DNA from: Chthoniobacterales bacterium
GTDB taxonomy: Bacteria; Verrucomicrobiota; Verrucomicrobiia; Chthoniobacterales; JACTMZ01
DNA length: 64,000 bases
Assembly: GCA_041736875.1 (NCBI GenBank)
Contig: JBGSSV010000180.1
Span: forward strand, 44,851-108,850
Direction: 5' to 3'
The notes beneath the pieces were generated by a model. The model saw nothing but the letters and a program-made list of their open reading frames with translations, was not told where the DNA came from and did not search any database. This document shows, in pieces, positions 61,401 through 64,000 of the stretch (positions are counted from its first letter, which is position 1; each line of letters starts with the position of its first letter). The position numbers were made by a program, and so were the translations under genes.

Positions 61401-62957
61401 ATGTTCAGTGCATGTTCTTCAAGAGGGCTGAGCCGAATGCTTGGGGCTGCCCGGCTGGTGGTGGCAGCGGCCATGTGTGTGGTCCCGAGCGCGAGGTTGA
61501 CGGCGGCAAACCCGTCCACCACCTCATCGCTCAGCCTCGATGAGCCGGTCAACTGTTCGCTCCTTGATCCGGTCGAGCGGTTTGCGCAGAACACCATTCA
61601 TCATCCGGTGGCGCCGTTTGAATTGGTTCCCGGCCAAGATCCAAACGGCTGGACCTTTGTCATCGAACCCTATTTGTGGGCCATGTCGCTTTCGGGCCTC
61701 ACCGGGGTGGGAGGTTTGCCACCCATCACGGCCAAGGCCCCGGTGGCCAAGGTCTTGCAAAACCTCCAGTGGGGCCTGATGGCCCGGGGCGAGGTGCGCA
61801 AGGGGCGATGGGGTCTGTTGGCCGATGGCTTTTACGCCAAGCTGGAGGGAGGCAAGGACTTGGGGGGGGTGATTTATCAGTCCGGAGACATGGAGATTGC
61901 TCAAGGGCTCGCCTCACTGGCCCTTGCCTACCGCCTGATCGATGACCGCCGCTTCTTCGTCGATGTCTACGGTGGGGCGCGCTACAACTACATCGGTTTG
62001 GAGGTGGACCTGCTGCCGTCTCAGGCCAGGATCGCATCAGTCGGTCAGGACGTTGCTGGCAGCGTAGCAGCTCGAATCGTTTCGCAGGCCGAGAGCTTGG
62101 CTGGCTCATTTCGCGGCCAAGCTGCCAGCGCCTTGGCCAAAGCCGTCAATGCCTCCATCGCCTCGGAGGTGCTAGGCGGAGGTGGCCAAACCCGGCCGTC
62201 GCTGGAGAATCTTGCCCTGCTCGAAGAAGTCGCCGGATCGAGAGAGCCGACCCGCAGCCCGGGCCGCAATGGGAGGGGACGGGACGGCCTTGGGACCAGA
62301 GGCATCGATCTTGGCATCGGCGACCGATCTCGTCCGGAACCGGGGCGGCAGCCAGGGCGGCGGAACACCGATGATGCCTCGCGCGGGGTAGGGTTGGTCG
62401 GCTCGGGAAGCCGTCCTGCCGGCCCGTTGCAGGGCGATCGGGGAGTGAATCTCGGCGGAAACAGGCTCGTCGAGCAGGCCCTCTCCGACCGTCGTTTAGC
62501 CGGCCTCCTGGCCTTGGCTCGTCCGGCCATTCGAGACTACGTCCAGGCTGCGGCTGCCTCGCGGCTGGCGGCGCTTGAGGGCACGCTGACCGCCGACCTC
62601 ACGGCCAGAGAAGCGGCCGCAAAAGCTCGGATGACGGCCAGCATTACCAAGGCGCTGCGGCAAGCTGCCCCCACCACGGGGTCGGGCAACGAGACCTGGA
62701 TCGACCCCATAGTCGGGTTGCGCACCCAGATCAACATCACCCGCTGGCTTTTTGTCGCTGCGCAGGGTGACGTGGGCGGGTTCGGCGTGGGTTCCGAGAT
62801 TGCTTGGAACACCCAGGCGACCGTCGGGGTGAATTTCTCGCGCAACGTTTTCGGCGAACTCGGCTACCGCTACATGTATGTGGATTACGACCAGAATGAT
62901 TTCCTCTACCAAATGAATTCCTACGGCCTCTTTGCCGGCCTGGGGTTCAAGTTTTGA
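61401..62957 (+). CDS. Putative outer-membrane beta-barrel protein with a large central low-complexity insertion
   Basis: Signal-like MLGAARLVVAAAMCVVPSA and alternating-pattern strands. The C-terminus ..YGLFAGLGFKF ends in Phe, as is typical for OMPs. The start is ATG 61401 or 61437. Confidence 0.55.
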   Translation: MFSACSSRGLSRMLGAARLVVAAAMCVVPSARLTAANPSTTSSLSLDEPVNCSLLDPVERFAQNTIHHPVAPFELVPGQDPNGWTFVIEPYLWAMSLSGLTGVGGLPPITAKAPVAKVLQNLQWGLMARGEVRKGRWGLLADGFYAKLEGGKDLGGVIYQSGDMEIAQGLASLALAYRLIDDRRFFVDVYGGARYNYIGLEVDLLPSQARIASVGQDVAGSVAARIVSQAESLAGSFRGQAASALAKAVNASIASEVLGGGGQTRPSLENLALLEEVAGSREPTRSPGRNGRGRDGLGTRGIDLGIGDRSRPEPGRQPGRRNTDDASRGVGLVGSGSRPAGPLQGDRGVNLGGNRLVEQALSDRRLAGLLALARPAIRDYVQAAAASRLAALEGTLTADLTAREAAAKARMTASITKALRQAAPTTGSGNETWIDPIVGLRTQINITRWLFVAAQGDVGGFGVGSEIAWNTQATVGVNFSRNVFGELGYRYMYVDYDQNDFLYQMNSYGLFAGLGFKF

Positions 62958-63010
62958 GCGGGCCCTTCATCATGGTTGGCCGCGCCGGGCTGACGGTGTA
63001 GCGTGCCGCG

Positions 63011-64000
63011 GTGGACGCCATCGCGCACATCCTGCAGGGTTCCTGCGGCATCCTCGTCTTCACGGGCATTGCCGTGCTTTTCAGCGAAAACCGCCGGGCC
63101 ATTCCCTGGCGCGTGGTCATCATCGGCCTGATCCTGCAGTTTGTTCTCGCCGCTTTGCTGATTCACGTGCCCCTGGCTCGCTTTGTGGTTGAGTCGGTCG
63201 GATTGCTTTTCATCAAGCTCTTGGCCTTCACGGGGGAGGGGACGCGGTTCCTTTTCGGCTCGCTCCTGGACGAGCAGTCCCACGGCGTCATCTTCGCCCT
63301 CGCCGTGCTGCCCTCGATCATCTTTTTCTCCGCCTTCAGCGCCGCCCTCTACTATCTCGGGATCCTGCAAAAAATCGTCTACGCGCTGGCCTGGCTCGTG
63401 TCGAAAACGATGCGCCTGTCGGGTCCGGAGACTCTCTCGGCTTCCGCCAACGTCTTCCTCGGGCAGACCGAGGCCCCGCTGCTCATCCGCCCATGGTTGG
63501 CAGGGATGACGCGGTCCGAGATTCTCTGTGTGATGATTGGCGGCATGGGCACGGTGGCTGGTGCGGTCATGGTGGCCTACGTCAGCCTCCTCGGTGGAGG
63601 TGATCCCGAGCAGCAACTCCTCGTGGCCACGCACTTGCTGACCAAGTCGGTCATCACAGTTCCAGCGGTGCTCCTCGTGGCCAAAATTCTCCTCCCGCAG
63701 ACCGAGCCGGTCGACACCTCGCTGCATCTGGCCCCAGCGAAAAACGGGGTGAATCTTCTCGATGCCATCTGCACGGGGACGACCGACGGGGTGAAGCTCG
63801 CGGTCAATGTCGGTGCCATGCTGCTGGTCTTCACCGCCTTGGTCGCGATGGTCAACTACGCCCTCCACCAGTGGATCGGCGAGTTCACTGGTCTGAACGG
63901 TCTGGTCGTGGCTTGGACCGGGGGAGTCTTCGACGGGTTCTCGCTGCAATTTCTGCTCGGCATGCTCTTCGCGCCGGTGGCTTGGCTCATGGGCATCAGC
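63011..64000 (+). CDS. nupC: NupC/CNT-family nucleoside transporter (partial, runs off the window)
   Basis: It is absent from the ORF track because no stop is reached. My own translation gives VDAIAHILQGSCGILVFTGIAVLFSENRRAIPWRVV.. and NVFLGQTEAPLLIRPW..MTRSE. GTG start follows the in-frame TAG at 62999. Confidence 0.8.
   Translation, partial: MDAIAHILQGSCGILVFTGIAVLFSENRRAIPWRVVIIGLILQFVLAALLIHVPLARFVVESVGLLFIKLLAFTGEGTRFLFGSLLDEQSHGVIFALAVLPSIIFFSAFSAALYYLGILQKIVYALAWLVSKTMRLSGPETLSASANVFLGQTEAPLLIRPWLAGMTRSEILCVMIGGMGTVAGAVMVAYVSLLGGGDPEQQLLVATHLLTKSVITVPAVLLVAKILLPQTEPVDTSLHLAPAKNGVNLLDAICTGTTDGVKLAVNVGAMLLVFTALVAMVNYALHQWIGEFTGLNGLVVAWTGGVFDGFSLQFLLGMLFAPVAWLMGIS

Overview
This is a GC-rich bacterial chromosomal window. 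All calls rest on motifs recognised by eye in the supplied ORF translations; no database search was possible. The gene content (an H-X9-DG pseudopilin-like protein, an exosortase, a sulfatase, DUF1254/DUF1214 proteins) suggests a Verrucomicrobia/PVC-type genome, but that is inference only.

Positions ~1-45,850 are an almost uninterrupted array of about 48 genes, all on the + strand, and many junctions are ATGA/GTGA start-stop overlaps. Together they form a very large cell-surface glycan locus containing:
- a Wzm/Wzt ABC exporter;
- about 18 glycosyltransferases (GT2, GT4, GT11 and three unclassifiable GT-A-like proteins);
- 4 FkbM-type and 3 class I methyltransferases, and 2 hexapeptide acetyltransferases;
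- an orphan rfbC;
- a nine-gene WbqC / ATP-grasp / metallophosphoesterase / twin beta-propeller / DegT cassette;
- an O-antigen-ligase/polymerase-like membrane protein.

The array ends with an exosortase-EpsI fusion that is translationally coupled to an Sfp-type phosphopantetheinyl transferase, followed by a MoxR-DUF58-transglutaminase triad.

The remaining sequence carries:
- a GH1 beta-glucosidase lipoprotein, an alpha/beta-hydrolase-like lipoprotein and an arylsulfatase;
- one DUF1254/DUF1214 protein plus a truncated copy;
- a complete mlaEFDCA operon on the minus strand;
- a four-gene coupled operon (membrane-anchored helical protein, pseudopilin-like protein, ABC-2 exporter);
- a secreted-protein module (SnoaL-like protein, Gly/Ser/Tyr-rich protein, small secreted protein, outer-membrane barrel);
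- the 5' part of a nupC-like transporter.

The leads I consider most worth following are:
1. the nine-gene sugar-decoration cassette;
2. the exosortase-EpsI/PPTase pairing at the end of the glycan locus;
3. degenerate heptamer/octamer tandem tracts (STRR-like) that lie between genes and are also inserted in frame inside wzt and several glycosyltransferases;
4. an in-frame relic of an epimerase gene;
5. the pseudopilin-ABC operon.

I found no rRNA, tRNA, CRISPR array or transposase. The long antisense ORFs in the track are treated as GC artefacts.
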